Shown here in pieces: positions 18,263 through 28,680 of a DNA stretch of 46,667 nt. Position 1 is the first letter of the stretch. Every line of letters starts with the position of its first letter. The notes below the pieces were generated by a model, which made no database searches, was not told where the DNA came from, and saw nothing but the letters and a program-made list of their open reading frames with translations. Source of the DNA: Bacteroidales bacterium (GTDB lineage Bacteria > Bacteroidota > Bacteroidia > Bacteroidales > VadinHA17); NCBI GenBank assembly GCA_027067975.1, contig JAMOUS010000112.1, positions 1 to 46,667 on the forward strand, read 5' to 3'. A program made the position numbers and the translations under genes.

Positions 18263-19456
18263 TCATTCCCCGATGTGTTTGAGGATGGTTTCCATGTCTT
18301 TGTCTCCCCGTCCGGAGAGGTTGATGATGATATGGTCGTCGGCGGTGAAGGGGATCTTTTCGAGGAGGGCGAGGGCGTGGGCCGACTCGAGGGCTGGGAT
18401 GATGCCTTCGAGGCGGGCGAGGAGGCGGGTGGCGGCGAGGGCTTCGTCGTCGGTGACGGCATAGAAGGCGGCGCGGCCCGTGGCGTGCAGGTGGCTGAGC
18501 AGGGGGCCGATGCCGGGGTAGTCGAGGCCGGCGGAGACGGAGTAGGGTTCGGTGATCTGGCCGTCGTCGTCCTGGATGACGTAGGAGCGGCAGCCGTGGA
18601 GGATGCCGGTGCGGCCGAGGGCGATGGTGGCGGCGGTGTGGCCGGTGGCGACACCCTGGCCGCCGGCCTCGGCGGCGAGAAGGCGTACCTGCGGCTTGTC
18701 GAGATAATGGTAAAAGACGCCGGAGGCATTGCTGCCGCCGCCGACGCAGGCCAGCACGGCGTCGGGAAGGTCGCGTCCGCTCTGGCGGGGGAATTGCCAC
18801 AGCAGCTCTTCGCTGATGACCGACTGCAGACGGGCCACCAGGTCGGGATAGGGATGGGGCCCTACCGTCGAGCCGATGAGGTAGTAGGTCTCTTCGGGGT
18901 GGGTGATCCAGTCGCGCAGCGCCTCGTTGACGGCATCCTTGAGGGTTTGGTTGCCCGAATGTACCGGCACCACGGTGGCGCCGAGGAGCTTCATCCGCTC
19001 GACGTTGGGACGTTGGCGCTGCACGTCGAGGGCGCCCATGTACACCGTGCAGCTCATGCCCATGCGGGCGCAGACGGTGGCCGTGGCGACGCCGTGCTGG
19101 CCTGCGCCCGTCTCGGCGATGATGCGGCGTTTGCCCAGACGCTGCGCCAGGAGGATCTGTCCCAGCGCATTGTTGATCTTGTGGGCGCCCGTATGGGTGA
19201 GGTCCTCGCGCTTGAGATAGACATGAGTGCCGTAATGAGAAGAGAGCCGTGCGGCCGGGTACAAGGGGGTGGGCCGTCCGGCATAGTCGTTCAACAGGCG
19301 GCGGTACTCTTCCCGGAAAGCCGAGTCTTCAAGGATATCCAGATACTTCTCCTGCAGCTCTTTCACATTGGGATAGAGCATTTCCGGCACATAAGCGCCG
19401 CCGAAGTCACCGTAAAAGCCTTTCTCGTCGGGATGGAAAGAGGTTTGGGTTTTCAT
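18263..19456 (-). CDS. trpB: Tryptophan synthase beta chain
   Basis: 397 aa. HTGAHKINN holds the PLP lysine, with GGGSNA and the overall TrpB pattern. Confidence 0.97.
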   Translation of the reverse strand: MKTQTSFHPDEKGFYGDFGGAYVPEMLYPNVKELQEKYLDILEDSAFREEYRRLLNDYAGRPTPLYPAARLSSHYGTHVYLKREDLTHTGAHKINNALGQILLAQRLGKRRIIAETGAGQHGVATATVCARMGMSCTVYMGALDVQRQRPNVERMKLLGATVVPVHSGNQTLKDAVNEALRDWITHPEETYYLIGSTVGPHPYPDLVARLQSVISEELLWQFPRQSGRDLPDAVLACVGGGSNASGVFYHYLDKPQVRLLAAEAGGQGVATGHTAATIALGRTGILHGCRSYVIQDDDGQITEPYSVSAGLDYPGIGPLLSHLHATGRAAFYAVTDDEALAATRLLARLEGIIPALESAHALALLEKIPFTADDHIIINLSGRGDKDMETILKHIGE

Positions 19457-20100
19457 GCACGCAGTTGGTTGAGGAAGTTACGGAGTTTTTCGATGTCTTT
19501 GATGCCCGAGGCGGTCTCGAAACGGCTGTTCAGGTCGAGGCCGGTGAGGCCGGGGAGGGTGAGGTGGGGCAGGGTCTCGAGGATGTTGCGGTCGATGCCG
19601 CCGCTGAGCAGCCAGGGGGTGTGGAGGGGGTATGTGGCCAGCAGACGGTGGTCCCAGGCGGTGCCGCTGCCGCCGCGGGCGGCGGTGGCCGTGTCGAAAA
19701 GGAAGAGATCGACGACCTCCTCGTAGTGGGCCAGCTCGTCGTAGTCGGGAGGGCCTTTCACGGCGATCGCCTTGATGATGCCGGCATGGCTCTCCTCGCG
19801 GATGCGGCGGCAGTAGGCGGGGGTCTCGTCACCGTGCAGCTGGACGTAGTCGAGACCGTAGCGTTCGGCACGACGGGTGACGGTGCAGGGGTTCTCGTCG
19901 ACGAACACCCCCACCTTCTTCACCCCCTCGGGGACGGCAGCCAGCGCCTCCGGCGGCAGCGGCACCGCATAGCGCGGCGAAGGGGGATAGAAAACGAAAC
20001 CGACATAGTCGATGCCGAGGGCCGCCACCTGCCGGATGTTCTCCGGATCGCGCATGCCGCAAACCTTGATACGTAGGGAACGGATCTCTTCTTGGGTCAT
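19453..20100 (-). CDS. trpF: Phosphoribosylanthranilate isomerase
   Basis: [12 protein letters not shown] motif. The ATG at 20100 lies one nt after the trpC stop. An alternative ATG at 20124 would overlap trpC by 23 nt. Confidence 0.9.
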   Translation of the reverse strand: MTQEEIRSLRIKVCGMRDPENIRQVAALGIDYVGFVFYPPSPRYAVPLPPEALAAVPEGVKKVGVFVDENPCTVTRRAERYGLDYVQLHGDETPAYCRRIREESHAGIIKAIAVKGPPDYDELAHYEEVVDLFLFDTATAARGGSGTAWDHRLLATYPLHTPWLLSGGIDRNILETLPHLTLPGLTGLDLNSRFETASGIKDIEKLRNFLNQLRA

Positions 20101-20101
20101 T

Positions 20102-20920
20102 TCATGTTTCTTTTTGGGGTTCATGGATCACCTTTTCGCATTGACGGAGGAAGGTGCTGCAGGCTTCTCCCGGGTCGCTTTCACGCATAAAGGCTTCGCC
20201 GATGAGGAAGCCGTGGTATCCTGCCTGGTGGAGGCGGGCGACGGTGTGGGGGTCGTCGAGGCCGCTCTCGCTCACGCGCACAAGACCGGCAGGAATGACG
20301 GCAGCGGCCTCGAGCGAGCGTTCGATCCCGACGGAGAAAGTGGTGAGGTCGCGGTTGTTGACGCCGACGATCACCTCTTCGTCGGGCATCTTCACCAGTT
20401 CGAGCGGGTTGTGGATCTCGAAGAGCACGTCGAGCTCAAGGCTGAGGGCGAGGCGGGTGAGAGTATGGAGTTGTTTTTTCTCGAGGGCGGCGGCGATGAG
20501 CAGGATGGCGTCGGCGCCGAGGGCGCGGGCCTCGACCACCTGGTATTCGTCGAGGAGGAAGTCCTTGCGCAGCAGGGGGAGGGAGGTATGGTCGCGCGCT
20601 TCACGCAGGTCGTCATCGTGGCCGCCGAAGAAGGGGGTGTCGGTGAGGACGGAGACGGCGGCGGCACCGGCGGCCTCGTAGGCGGGGACGATGGCCGCGG
20701 CGCGGGCGCCCTCGTGGATCATCCCGCGCGAGGGGGAGGAGCGCTTGAACTCGGCGATCACCGCCGGCGGCCGGTGTGTGGCGAGGGCTTCCCGCAGGGA
20801 ACGCCGCGCGGCCGAAAAGAGGGGGGAACGCTCGAGCGTGCGGTAGGGGATCTCCTTCTTGCGGCGCCAGACCTCTTTTTCCTTTTCCCGGAGGATGGTG
20901 GTGAGGATGTCTTTCATCAT
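20102..20920 (-). CDS. trpC: Indole-3-glycerol phosphate synthase
   Basis: 272 aa with VIAEFKRSSPS, LRKDF and NNRDL motifs. Confidence 0.95.
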   Translation of the reverse strand: MMKDILTTILREKEKEVWRRKKEIPYRTLERSPLFSAARRSLREALATHRPPAVIAEFKRSSPSRGMIHEGARAAAIVPAYEAAGAAAVSVLTDTPFFGGHDDDLREARDHTSLPLLRKDFLLDEYQVVEARALGADAILLIAAALEKKQLHTLTRLALSLELDVLFEIHNPLELVKMPDEEVIVGVNNRDLTTFSVGIERSLEAAAVIPAGLVRVSESGLDDPHTVARLHQAGYHGFLIGEAFMRESDPGEACSTFLRQCEKVIHEPQKET

Positions 20921-21909
20921 TGCAGGTTCATGAGGGTTTCGAACTTTTTCAGGGCTTTTCCGCCGAGGAGGCTGTCGCGGGCGTGCTGCAGCGCCTCGTC
21001 ACGGCTGAGGGCGGGGAAGTAAGCTTGCAGGGCCACGGCGCTGTTGGCGATGACCACCTCCTCCTGGGCGGGGGTGCCTTTGCCGCGGAGCACGTTCACG
21101 AAGATGCGGGCGTTCTCTTCGACGTTCTTTCCTCCGGCCAGCTCTTCGGGGCGGTGTGGGGAGAGGGTGAGCGTCGCCGGCGTGAGCTGTTCCTCGCCGG
21201 CGGGGGTGAGGAGGCGGGTGCGGCCGGTGAGGCTGATCTCGTCATAGCCGTCGTCGCTGTGCACGACGGCATAATCGATACCCGCTTTGCGGAAGACGCC
21301 GCGGTAGAGCTCCTGCACCGTGCGGTCGAAGACGCCGGTGAGCTGGGCCTGCGGCCGCGCGGGGTTGACCATCGGCCCGAGGATGTTGAAAAAGGTCTTC
21401 ACCTGCAGCGTACGGCGTACGGGTGCCACCTCTTTGAGTGCGGGGTGGAAGAGGGGGGCGTGCAGGTAGGTGATGCCGGCGGCGTCGAGTTCGCGCCGCA
21501 GCTTGGACGGGTCGTTCGAGAAGCGGTAGCCGAGGTGCTGCAGCACGTCGGACGAGCCGGCCGCCGAGGTGGCGGCGGCATTGCCGTGTTTGGCCACGAG
21601 GGCGCCCGCGCCCGCACAGACGAAGGCCGTGAGGGTGGAGATGTTGAAGGTGTTCTTGCCGTCGCCGCCGGTGCCGCAGACATCCAGCAGCCGCATCCCA
21701 TCCAGGTCGACGGGCACGGCCAGCGCCAGCAGCGCCTCACGGAAGCCGGCCAGCTCCGCCGCCGTCACCGGCCGCATCACATAGGCCATCAGGAAAGCAG
21801 CCACCTGCAAGGGATCATATTTCCCCGTGCCGATGTTGTGCATCACCGTGCGGGCTTCCTCCTGCGTGAGGAGCTCTTTCCTGCCCAGTCGTTCGAGGAT
21901 CTCTTTCAT
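20917..21909 (-). CDS. trpD: Anthranilate phosphoribosyltransferase
   Basis: 330 aa with LDVCGTGGDGKNTFNIST and KHGN motifs. Confidence 0.95.
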   Translation of the reverse strand: MKEILERLGRKELLTQEEARTVMHNIGTGKYDPLQVAAFLMAYVMRPVTAAELAGFREALLALAVPVDLDGMRLLDVCGTGGDGKNTFNISTLTAFVCAGAGALVAKHGNAAATSAAGSSDVLQHLGYRFSNDPSKLRRELDAAGITYLHAPLFHPALKEVAPVRRTLQVKTFFNILGPMVNPARPQAQLTGVFDRTVQELYRGVFRKAGIDYAVVHSDDGYDEISLTGRTRLLTPAGEEQLTPATLTLSPHRPEELAGGKNVEENARIFVNVLRGKGTPAQEEVVIANSAVALQAYFPALSRDEALQHARDSLLGGKALKKFETLMNLQ

Positions 21910-21921
21910 AATATCCGGGTT

Positions 21922-22488
<567 letters not shown>

Positions 22489-22500
22489 GGCGGATGACGT

Positions 22501-23898
22501 TTACAGTTGTTCGGCGATGCGGATGGCTTTTTTGAGGGCGGCCAGTTTGTTGTTGACCTCCTGCAGTTCGTTCTCTTCGTGTGAGCGGCTGACGATGCCG
22601 GCGCCGGCCTGGTAGAAGAGGGTGTTGTCTTTGCTGAGGAAGGAGCGGATCATGATGGCATGGTTGAGGTTGCCGTTGGCGTGGAGAAAGCCGATGGCGC
22701 CGCCGTAGAAGCCGCGGGCGGTGGGTTCGTAGTCGTCGATGAGCTGCATGGCGCGGTACTTGGGAGCGCCGGTGAGGGTGCCGGCGGGGAAGGTGGCACC
22801 GAACATGGCGGTAGCGGAAGCCTCGTCGTCGAGGCGGGCCGAGACGGTGGAGACCATGTGGATGACGTGGGAATAGAACTGGATCTCACGCAGTTGTTCC
22901 ACGCGCACATCACGGCCGTAACGGCTCAGGTCGTTGCGTGCCAGGTCGACCAGCATGATGTGTTCGGCATTCTCTTTCTCGTTGCCGGCCAGCTCCAGGG
23001 CTCTTTTCTTGTCCTCTTCGTCATTGCCGGTGCGGCGGAAGGTGCCGGCGATGGGGTTGATGTAGGCCCGGCCGCCGGCGATCTTCAGGTGTGTCTCGGG
23101 CGAGGAGCCGAAGATACGGTAGTCGCCATAGTCGAAATAAAAAAGGTAGGGAGAGGGGTTCACCGACCGCAGGGCACGGTAAAGGGTGAAATCGTCCCCC
23201 TCGAAAGGTTGCTCGAAACGGCGCGAGAGGACGATCTGGAACACGTCGCCGCGGTAACAGTGTTGCTTGCCCTTTTTGACCATCTCCAGGTACTGTTCGT
23301 CGGTGAGGTTGGAGCGTTCCGGCCCGGTGGTGCGGAAGGAGCCGGTGGTGACGCTCATCTTGGCAATGAACATGGCCAGTCGGTCGATGCCGGGCTCATC
23401 CCCATCAAAAAGGTTCTCCGCCAGCGTCATGGTGTTGTTGAAGTGGTTGATGGTGATGACATAGCGGTAAAGAGTGTAACGTATGTCGGGGATACGGCTC
23501 TTGGGGTCGGCGGGGGCACGGAGGCGGAGGGTCTCGAAATACTGCACGGCATCGTAGGCGGTGTAGCCGAAGAAGCCGTTGGCGGGGGAGGCGTCGTCGC
23601 CGGCAAAGTCGAAACGCCGCATGAAACGGTCGAGCAGCGGAGCAAAGGAGCCTTCCACTTTCTGTTCGGGCAGCAGCGCTCCGCGTATCTCCTCCTGCAG
23701 GGTGAAGTCTTTCACCGTTACCGACGCCAGGGGTTCGAGGCAGAGGATCGAGAGGCTGTCCTCGCTGCTGTGGTAATCGGAGCTCTCCAGGAGGATGGTG
23801 CGGGGGAAGATCTCCCGCAGCTGCAGGTAAAGCGCCACCGGCGTGGTGGTGTCGGCAAGCAGTTGCCGGATGTGGGTCGTGATGCGGTATCTTTCCAT
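22501..23898 (-). CDS. trpE: Anthranilate synthase component I
   Basis: 465 aa with chorismate-binding motifs (SPETHL, GTLTGAPK, GGAIG). LLESS near the N-terminus resembles the Trp-feedback site motif. Confidence 0.95.
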   Translation of the reverse strand: MERYRITTHIRQLLADTTTPVALYLQLREIFPRTILLESSDYHSSEDSLSILCLEPLASVTVKDFTLQEEIRGALLPEQKVEGSFAPLLDRFMRRFDFAGDDASPANGFFGYTAYDAVQYFETLRLRAPADPKSRIPDIRYTLYRYVITINHFNNTMTLAENLFDGDEPGIDRLAMFIAKMSVTTGSFRTTGPERSNLTDEQYLEMVKKGKQHCYRGDVFQIVLSRRFEQPFEGDDFTLYRALRSVNPSPYLFYFDYGDYRIFGSSPETHLKIAGGRAYINPIAGTFRRTGNDEEDKKRALELAGNEKENAEHIMLVDLARNDLSRYGRDVRVEQLREIQFYSHVIHMVSTVSARLDDEASATAMFGATFPAGTLTGAPKYRAMQLIDDYEPTARGFYGGAIGFLHANGNLNHAIMIRSFLSKDNTLFYQAGAGIVSRSHEENELQEVNNKLAALKKAIRIAEQL

Positions 23899-23916
23899 AA
23901 TGATCCGTTTTCCAAC

Positions 23917-23949
23917 AAAAAAGGCTTACCGTAAATCCGGTAAGCCTTT
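23917..23949 (-). terminator. Intrinsic terminator 18 nt upstream of trpE (attenuator terminator)
   Basis: Minus-strand RNA reads AAAGGCUUACCG-GAUUUA-CGGUAAGCCUUU followed by UUUGUUGG. The core 9-bp arms lie at 23938-23946 and 23923-23931, and the U6 tract at 23922-23917. Confidence 0.7.
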
Positions 23950-23976
23950 CGTTGCGTTTGCATGCCAGCTTCCTCT

Positions 23977-24036
23977 TTACGGTAAAGGATCTTTATCGTA
24001 AAGCCACCACCAGCATGTATTTTTTGCAAAGGTCAT
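23977..24036 (-). CDS. trpL: trp operon leader peptide, 19 aa: MTFAKNTCWWWLYDKDPLP
   Basis: My own translation of the minus strand gives ATG at 24036-24034, TGG TGG TGG at 24012-24004 and TAA at 23979-23977. It is too short for the ORF track. It sits between a promoter-like element and the terminator. Confidence 0.65.
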   Translation of the reverse strand: MTFAKNTCWWWLYDKDPLP

Positions 24037-24057
24037 CGTTCGTGTGCTTGACAGGAG

Positions 24058-24087
24058 CAAAAATAGAAAAAATCTCAAAAGACCAAA
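24058..24087 (-). promoter_or_regulatory. Bacteroidota-type promoter for the trp leader/operon
   Basis: On the minus strand: TTTG (24087-24084), an 18-nt spacer, then TATTTTTG (24065-24058). It begins right after the clpX stop and lies about 20 nt upstream of the leader ATG. Confidence 0.5.
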
Positions 24088-24089
24088 TC

Positions 24090-25328
24090 TCAGGCCACTT
24101 TTAATTTCCGCAAGTTGACCCCTTCGAGTTTCTCTTTGGCGTATTTGAGGGTGATGGTAAGTTTTTTCTTGTTGGTACCGGGTACGTGGAACATGGCGTC
24201 GGTCATGATGGTTTCGCAGATGGAGCGCAGGCCGCGGGCGCCGAGTTTGAACTCGATGGCTTTGTCGACGATGTAGTCGAGCACTTCCTCTTCGAAGGTG
24301 AGTTCGATGCCGTCCATCTTGAACAGTTTGATGTATTGTTTGATGATGGCGTTCTTGGGTTCGGTGAGGATGCGGCGGAGGGCGGTACGGTCGAGGGGGT
24401 GGAGGTAGGTGAGCACCGGCAGGCGGCCGATGATCTCGGGGATGAGACCATAGGCCTTGAGGTCTTGCGGGGCGATGTATTGCAGGAGGTTTTCCTTGTC
24501 GATCTGGTTGCGTTGTTTGGAGGCGCCGAAGCCCACCACCTGGGTGTTGAGACGCTGGGCGATCTTTTTCTCGATGCCGTCGAAGGCGCCGCCGCAGATG
24601 AAGAGGATGTTCTTGGTGTCGACGGGGATCATTTTTTGTTCGGGGTGTTTGCGTCCTCCCTGTGGGGGTACGTTGACCACCGAACCTTCGAGCAGTTTGA
24701 GGAGGCCCTGCTGCACGCCCTCGCCCGAGACATCGCGGGTGATGGAGGGGTTGTCGCTTTTGCGGGCGATTTTGTCGATCTCGTCGATGAAGACGATCCC
24801 TTTCTCTGCGGCCTTCACGTCGTAGTCGGCTGCCTGGAGCAGGCGTGTGAGGATGCTCTCGATGTCTTCACCCACATAACCGGCTTCGGTCAGCACTGTG
24901 GCATCGACGATGGTGAAGGGCACATGCAGCATCTTGGCGATGGTGCGAGCCAGCAGCGTCTTGCCCGTGCCGGTCTCTCCCACCAGCAGGATGTTCGATT
25001 TTTCGATCTCGATGTCATTGTCGTCGGCCGGTTGCAGCAGCCGCTTGTAGTGGTTGTACACCGCCACCGAAAGGTATTTTTTTGCCTCTTCCTGTCCGAT
25101 GACATACTGGTCGAGAAACTTCTTGATCTCGGTGGGCTTGAGTAGTTGTATATCACTGAGGTTGAAGTCGCTGCGGCCTTTCATCTCCTCCTGGAGGATG
25201 CTGTAGGCCTGCTCGATACAGTGATCGCAGATGTATCCGTTGATCCCTGAGATCAGGAGGTTCGTGTCCTTCTTTTCGCGTCCGCAGAATGAACACCGTT
25301 CCACCATCTGGTTTTGGTTTGGTTTCAT
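24090..25328 (-). CDS. clpX: ATP-dependent Clp protease ATP-binding subunit ClpX
   Basis: The ATG at 25328 gives [21 protein letters not shown]... with the zinc-finger C4 motif, Walker A GETGTGKT and the rest of the ClpX pattern. The longer track ORF overlaps the clpP 3' end. Confidence 0.95.
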   Translation of the reverse strand: MKPNQNQMVERCSFCGREKKDTNLLISGINGYICDHCIEQAYSILQEEMKGRSDFNLSDIQLLKPTEIKKFLDQYVIGQEEAKKYLSVAVYNHYKRLLQPADDNDIEIEKSNILLVGETGTGKTLLARTIAKMLHVPFTIVDATVLTEAGYVGEDIESILTRLLQAADYDVKAAEKGIVFIDEIDKIARKSDNPSITRDVSGEGVQQGLLKLLEGSVVNVPPQGGRKHPEQKMIPVDTKNILFICGGAFDGIEKKIAQRLNTQVVGFGASKQRNQIDKENLLQYIAPQDLKAYGLIPEIIGRLPVLTYLHPLDRTALRRILTEPKNAIIKQYIKLFKMDGIELTFEEEVLDYIVDKAIEFKLGARGLRSICETIMTDAMFHVPGTNKKKLTITLKYAKEKLEGVNLRKLKVA

Positions 25329-25380
25329 GACAAAGTTATAAAGAATATGGCGGGAGGGAGGTGAAATGGTAAGAAAAGGA

Positions 25381-26067
25381 TCACTTTTTATTTTTTCGGA
25401 CAAGGACTTCGTCGATCATCCCGTATTTTTTGGCTTCTTCTGCGGTCATCCAGAAGTCGCGGTCGGCGTCTTTGGCCACTTTCTTCTTGGGGTTGCCGGT
25501 ATGCTCGGCGATGATGGCATAGAGTTCGTCGCGCAGTTTGATGATCTCGCGTGTGGTGATCTCGATGTCGGAAGCGGGTCCCTGGACTCCGCCCATGGGC
25601 TGGTGGATCATCACGCGGGAGTGTTTCAGGGCCGAGCGTTTGCCTTTGGTGCCGGCGCACAGCAGGATGGCGCCCATCGAGGCGGCCATGCCCGTACAGA
25701 TGGTCCCCACATCACAGCCGATGTATTGCATCGTGTCGTAGATGCCCAGGCCGGCATAGACCGAGCCGCCCGGTGTGTTCAAGTAGATCTGGATATCCTT
25801 GCCCGGATCGGACGATTCCAGATAGAGCAGCTGCGCTTCGACGATGTTGGCCACATAATCGTCGATGGCCAACCCGATGAAAATGATGCGGTCCATCATC
25901 AGTCGGGAGAAAACATCCATCGAAGCGACATTGAGCTGACGCTCCTCGATGATCGTGGGAGAGATGTAGTTGTTGTAGACCCGGGCATACTGGTCGAACG
26001 CCAGTGGGCTGATGCCCTGGTGCTTGACGGCATATTTCCTGAAGTCTTCCTGGATGTTCGTTTTCAT
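25381..26067 (-). CDS. clpP: ATP-dependent Clp protease proteolytic subunit
   Basis: 228 aa. The Ser-His-Asp context is present ([13 protein letters not shown]). Confidence 0.97.
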   Translation of the reverse strand: MKTNIQEDFRKYAVKHQGISPLAFDQYARVYNNYISPTIIEERQLNVASMDVFSRLMMDRIIFIGLAIDDYVANIVEAQLLYLESSDPGKDIQIYLNTPGGSVYAGLGIYDTMQYIGCDVGTICTGMAASMGAILLCAGTKGKRSALKHSRVMIHQPMGGVQGPASDIEITTREIIKLRDELYAIIAEHTGNPKKKVAKDADRDFWMTAEEAKKYGMIDEVLVRKNKK

Positions 26068-26100
26068 GGTAAGTTCGCTTTTTGTGCCTGTAAAATAAGG

Positions 26101-27486
26101 TTATTTTTTCTCTTTTGCTGCTTTTTCCTCTTCTTCTTCGATCATCTTGCGGAACTTCTCGCGTGAGATCTCTTTCTCGTCGAGTTTGATCACGCCTTTG
26201 AGGTGGTCGAACACTTTTTTATTGAGGATGGCCGCGACGATGCGGTTGTATTCGTCTTCTTTTTTGAGGATCTCGTTGGCATACTGCTCGACCTGTTCAT
26301 CGGGCAGGTTGCCGAGGCCGTACTGGCGGAACTGGTCGCGGGTGAGGGCCATGGCATATTCCTTGATCTCCTCATAAGTCACCTGCAGGCCGGCCTCTTT
26401 GGCGATCTTGTCACGGATGATCTGCCAGCGAAGGTCCTCGAGGAAGAGATCGAACTCTTTGTCGATCTGTTCGGGGGAGAGTTTACCCTTGTTGGCCTCG
26501 ATGAGCCACCGCTTGAGAAAGTCCTCCGGCAAAGGAACCTCGATCAGGGAGAGAAGCTTTTTCCGTACGTCTTTCTGGTATTTGGAATCGCTCTCCAGGT
26601 CGAGCTGGTAGCGGAGCGATTCGCGGATCTTTTCGACGAAAGTTTCGTGATCTTTGACGGCATCCTTTCCGAAGAGACGGTCGTAAGTCTCCTGGTTCTC
26701 CTCGGCCTTCATGAAGCGGCGGACATCCTTGATCTCGAGCAGGAAATAGGGGCTGACCTCGTTCAGCTTTTCCTTGTCGGTCTTAAGGGTATTGGCCCTT
26801 TCTTCTTCGTCGGGGAGGATGTCGGCGATGGGGACGAGCACTTTGTCACCCTTTTTCTTTCCGAGGAGTTCCTTGCGGGTCTTTTTCTCCTTCACCGCCG
26901 GCATGTTGATCACGGCGTTTTCGACCCGGATGCCGTTTTCGCGTGGCTCTCCCTCCTCGGTGGTTTCGGTGAGAACGCCCTCGATCATGTCTTCCTCGCC
27001 CACTTCGTCGACACTTTCCATACGTCCCAGTTGGGTGAGGTAGTTGTCGATGGTCTCCCGGAGGAGGTCATCATCGATCTTGATTTTGTAATAAGGAACT
27101 TTGATGCGTTTGGAGAGGTTGATCTCCGGATCGGGGAAGAGTCCCAGGTCGACGTAAAAGCGGAAGACCGTATCCTTGGTCCAGTCGAACTCTTCCTTTT
27201 TTTCTTCGTTGGGGAGGGGGTCTCCCAGGACGTTGAGTTGGTTGTCGCGGATATAGTTGGTAACGGCCTCGTTGAGGATCTTGTTGACCTCGTCGACGAG
27301 CACCGGTGTGTGGTACATTTTCTTGATGAGGCTGAGGGGAACATGGCCGGGACGGAATCCGTCGAAACGGGCCTTCTTGCGGTAGTCGCGCAGGATCTTC
27401 ATCACACGTTCCTCATAATCCTCGGGGCCGATCTCGACGGCCAGGGTCACGTTCAGATCGTCGTTGTTCTCCTGTGTAATGTTCAT
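26101..27486 (-). CDS. tig: Trigger factor
   Basis: 461 aa. The N-terminal ribosome-binding motif GFRPGHVP, the domain order and the tig-clpP-clpX synteny all fit. Confidence 0.95.
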   Translation of the reverse strand: MNITQENNDDLNVTLAVEIGPEDYEERVMKILRDYRKKARFDGFRPGHVPLSLIKKMYHTPVLVDEVNKILNEAVTNYIRDNQLNVLGDPLPNEEKKEEFDWTKDTVFRFYVDLGLFPDPEINLSKRIKVPYYKIKIDDDLLRETIDNYLTQLGRMESVDEVGEEDMIEGVLTETTEEGEPRENGIRVENAVINMPAVKEKKTRKELLGKKKGDKVLVPIADILPDEEERANTLKTDKEKLNEVSPYFLLEIKDVRRFMKAEENQETYDRLFGKDAVKDHETFVEKIRESLRYQLDLESDSKYQKDVRKKLLSLIEVPLPEDFLKRWLIEANKGKLSPEQIDKEFDLFLEDLRWQIIRDKIAKEAGLQVTYEEIKEYAMALTRDQFRQYGLGNLPDEQVEQYANEILKKEDEYNRIVAAILNKKVFDHLKGVIKLDEKEISREKFRKMIEEEEEKAAKEKK

Positions 27487-27506
27487 TGTAAAAGATTTAA
27501 CATGTT

Positions 27507-27529
27507 AAAAAAACCGCACAGCGGCGGTT
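27507..27529 (-). terminator. Possible terminator after tRNA-Leu
   Basis: Minus strand reads AACCGC-CGCTGT-GCGGTT followed by T7. The stem is short (6 bp). It lies only about 20 nt upstream of the tig ATG, so readthrough or processing is possible. Confidence 0.45.
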
Positions 27530-27559
27530 CCTGTTACTCATTTTTCTTTTACGGTGTTG

Positions 27560-27641
27560 TGCGGATGAAGGGACTCGAACCCCCACGCCCGAAGGCATCA
27601 GATCCTAAATCTGACGCGTCTACCAATTCCGCCACATCCGC
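27560..27641 (-). tRNA. tRNA-Leu (anticodon TAG)
   Basis: Hand fold of the minus strand: acceptor GCGGATG/CATCCGC, anticodon arm TCAGA-TTTAGGA-TCTGA, long variable arm GCC-TTCG-GGC, T-loop TTCGAGT. CCA is not encoded. Confidence 0.88.
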
Positions 27642-27651
27642 AAAAGCGGCG

Positions 27652-27659
27652 CAAAGATA
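27652..27659 (-). promoter_or_regulatory. -7 box TATCTTTG upstream of tRNA-Leu
   Basis: It matches TAnnTTTG and ends 10 nt before the mature tRNA 5' end. I found no clean -33 TTTG at the expected spacing. Confidence 0.35.
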
Positions 27660-27775
27660 CAAAAAAAATTCATGCCTTGTGTGTTCAAGGGAATGATAAT
27701 GAAAGAAAAGGCATCTGTCGTGAAAGATTTTCGTAATTTTATACAGTCTATAATAATTTGTCAAAAAAGTGGCTT

Positions 27776-28666
27776 ATGAGGACGAGGTATTGGATTTTGG
27801 GAGTGATGCTGTTCCTGGCGGCTGCCTGCGGTCGTTCCCAGAGCAGGGAGCACAAGGCAGGGCAGGTGGCGTACATCAACGACACCTTGCTGGAGAAGAT
27901 CTGGGTGAGCGAGCCGGTGCTGAAGGTGCCGGAGAGTGTTTTGTATGACGGCGCGCGGAATGTGATCTATGTCTCGAACATTGAGGGCAAGCCTGCCGAG
28001 CATGACGGTCGCGGCTTCATTGCGCGGCTGGGCCCCGACGGAAAGGTGCTGCAGCGGGAATGGGTGAGCGGACTGGATGCCCCGAAGGGGCTGGGGTTGC
28101 ATGCGGGACGGTTGTACGTCTCGGACATCAACGCACTGGTGGTGATCGACGTGGCGGCGGCCAGGGTGGTGGCGCGCTACGAGGCACCGGAGGCGGTGTT
28201 TCTCAACGATGTGGCAGTGGCTTCCGACGGTACGGTATATGTCTCGGACATGGGGGCTTCGGCCGTCTACCGCCTGCAGGGGGATCGTTTTGAACGGTGG
28301 TTGCACGACGCCCGCCTGAACGGTCCCAACGGCCTCTTCGTCGAAAACGGCGCTCTCCTGGCGGGATTGAAAGACCGTATTGTGCGGATCGACACGGCCC
28401 GCCGGACGATCACCGACCTGGTGCTGCATACCGGCAGCATCGACGGCCTGGAGGGTGACGGCCGGGGAGGTTATCTCATCAGCGACTGGCGCGGCCATGT
28501 GTACCGGGTGACACCGCAAGGGGAAAAGGTGCTGCTGCTCGACACAACCCCCATCCATATGCAGGCTGCCGACATCGACTATGTCCCTTCTTCGGCAACC
28601 TTGCTGGTGCCGACATTTAACAGCAACCGTATCGTGGCCTACCGCGTGAAGTGGGGCGACCGTTAA
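27776..28666 (+). CDS. Beta-propeller-like lipoprotein (SMP-30/gluconolactonase/NHL-like)
   Basis: The ATG at 27776 gives MRTRYWILGVMLFLAAAC (lipobox). The track start at 27758 is TTG. Repeated ...YVSD.../...NG... strands suggest a propeller. The family call is tentative. Confidence 0.7.
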   Translation: MRTRYWILGVMLFLAAACGRSQSREHKAGQVAYINDTLLEKIWVSEPVLKVPESVLYDGARNVIYVSNIEGKPAEHDGRGFIARLGPDGKVLQREWVSGLDAPKGLGLHAGRLYVSDINALVVIDVAAARVVARYEAPEAVFLNDVAVASDGTVYVSDMGASAVYRLQGDRFERWLHDARLNGPNGLFVENGALLAGLKDRIVRIDTARRTITDLVLHTGSIDGLEGDGRGGYLISDWRGHVYRVTPQGEKVLLLDTTPIHMQAADIDYVPSSATLLVPTFNSNRIVAYRVKWGDR

Positions 28667-28680
28667 AGTAAAGAGCTTCC

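Noticed and set aside
18232-18729. A Pro/Ser/Thr/Ala-rich N-terminal extension of the trpA ORF, together with ORF 18228-18800(-).
   Set aside because: Both overlap trpB out of frame and are low complexity. Canonical TrpA begins at ATG 18231.
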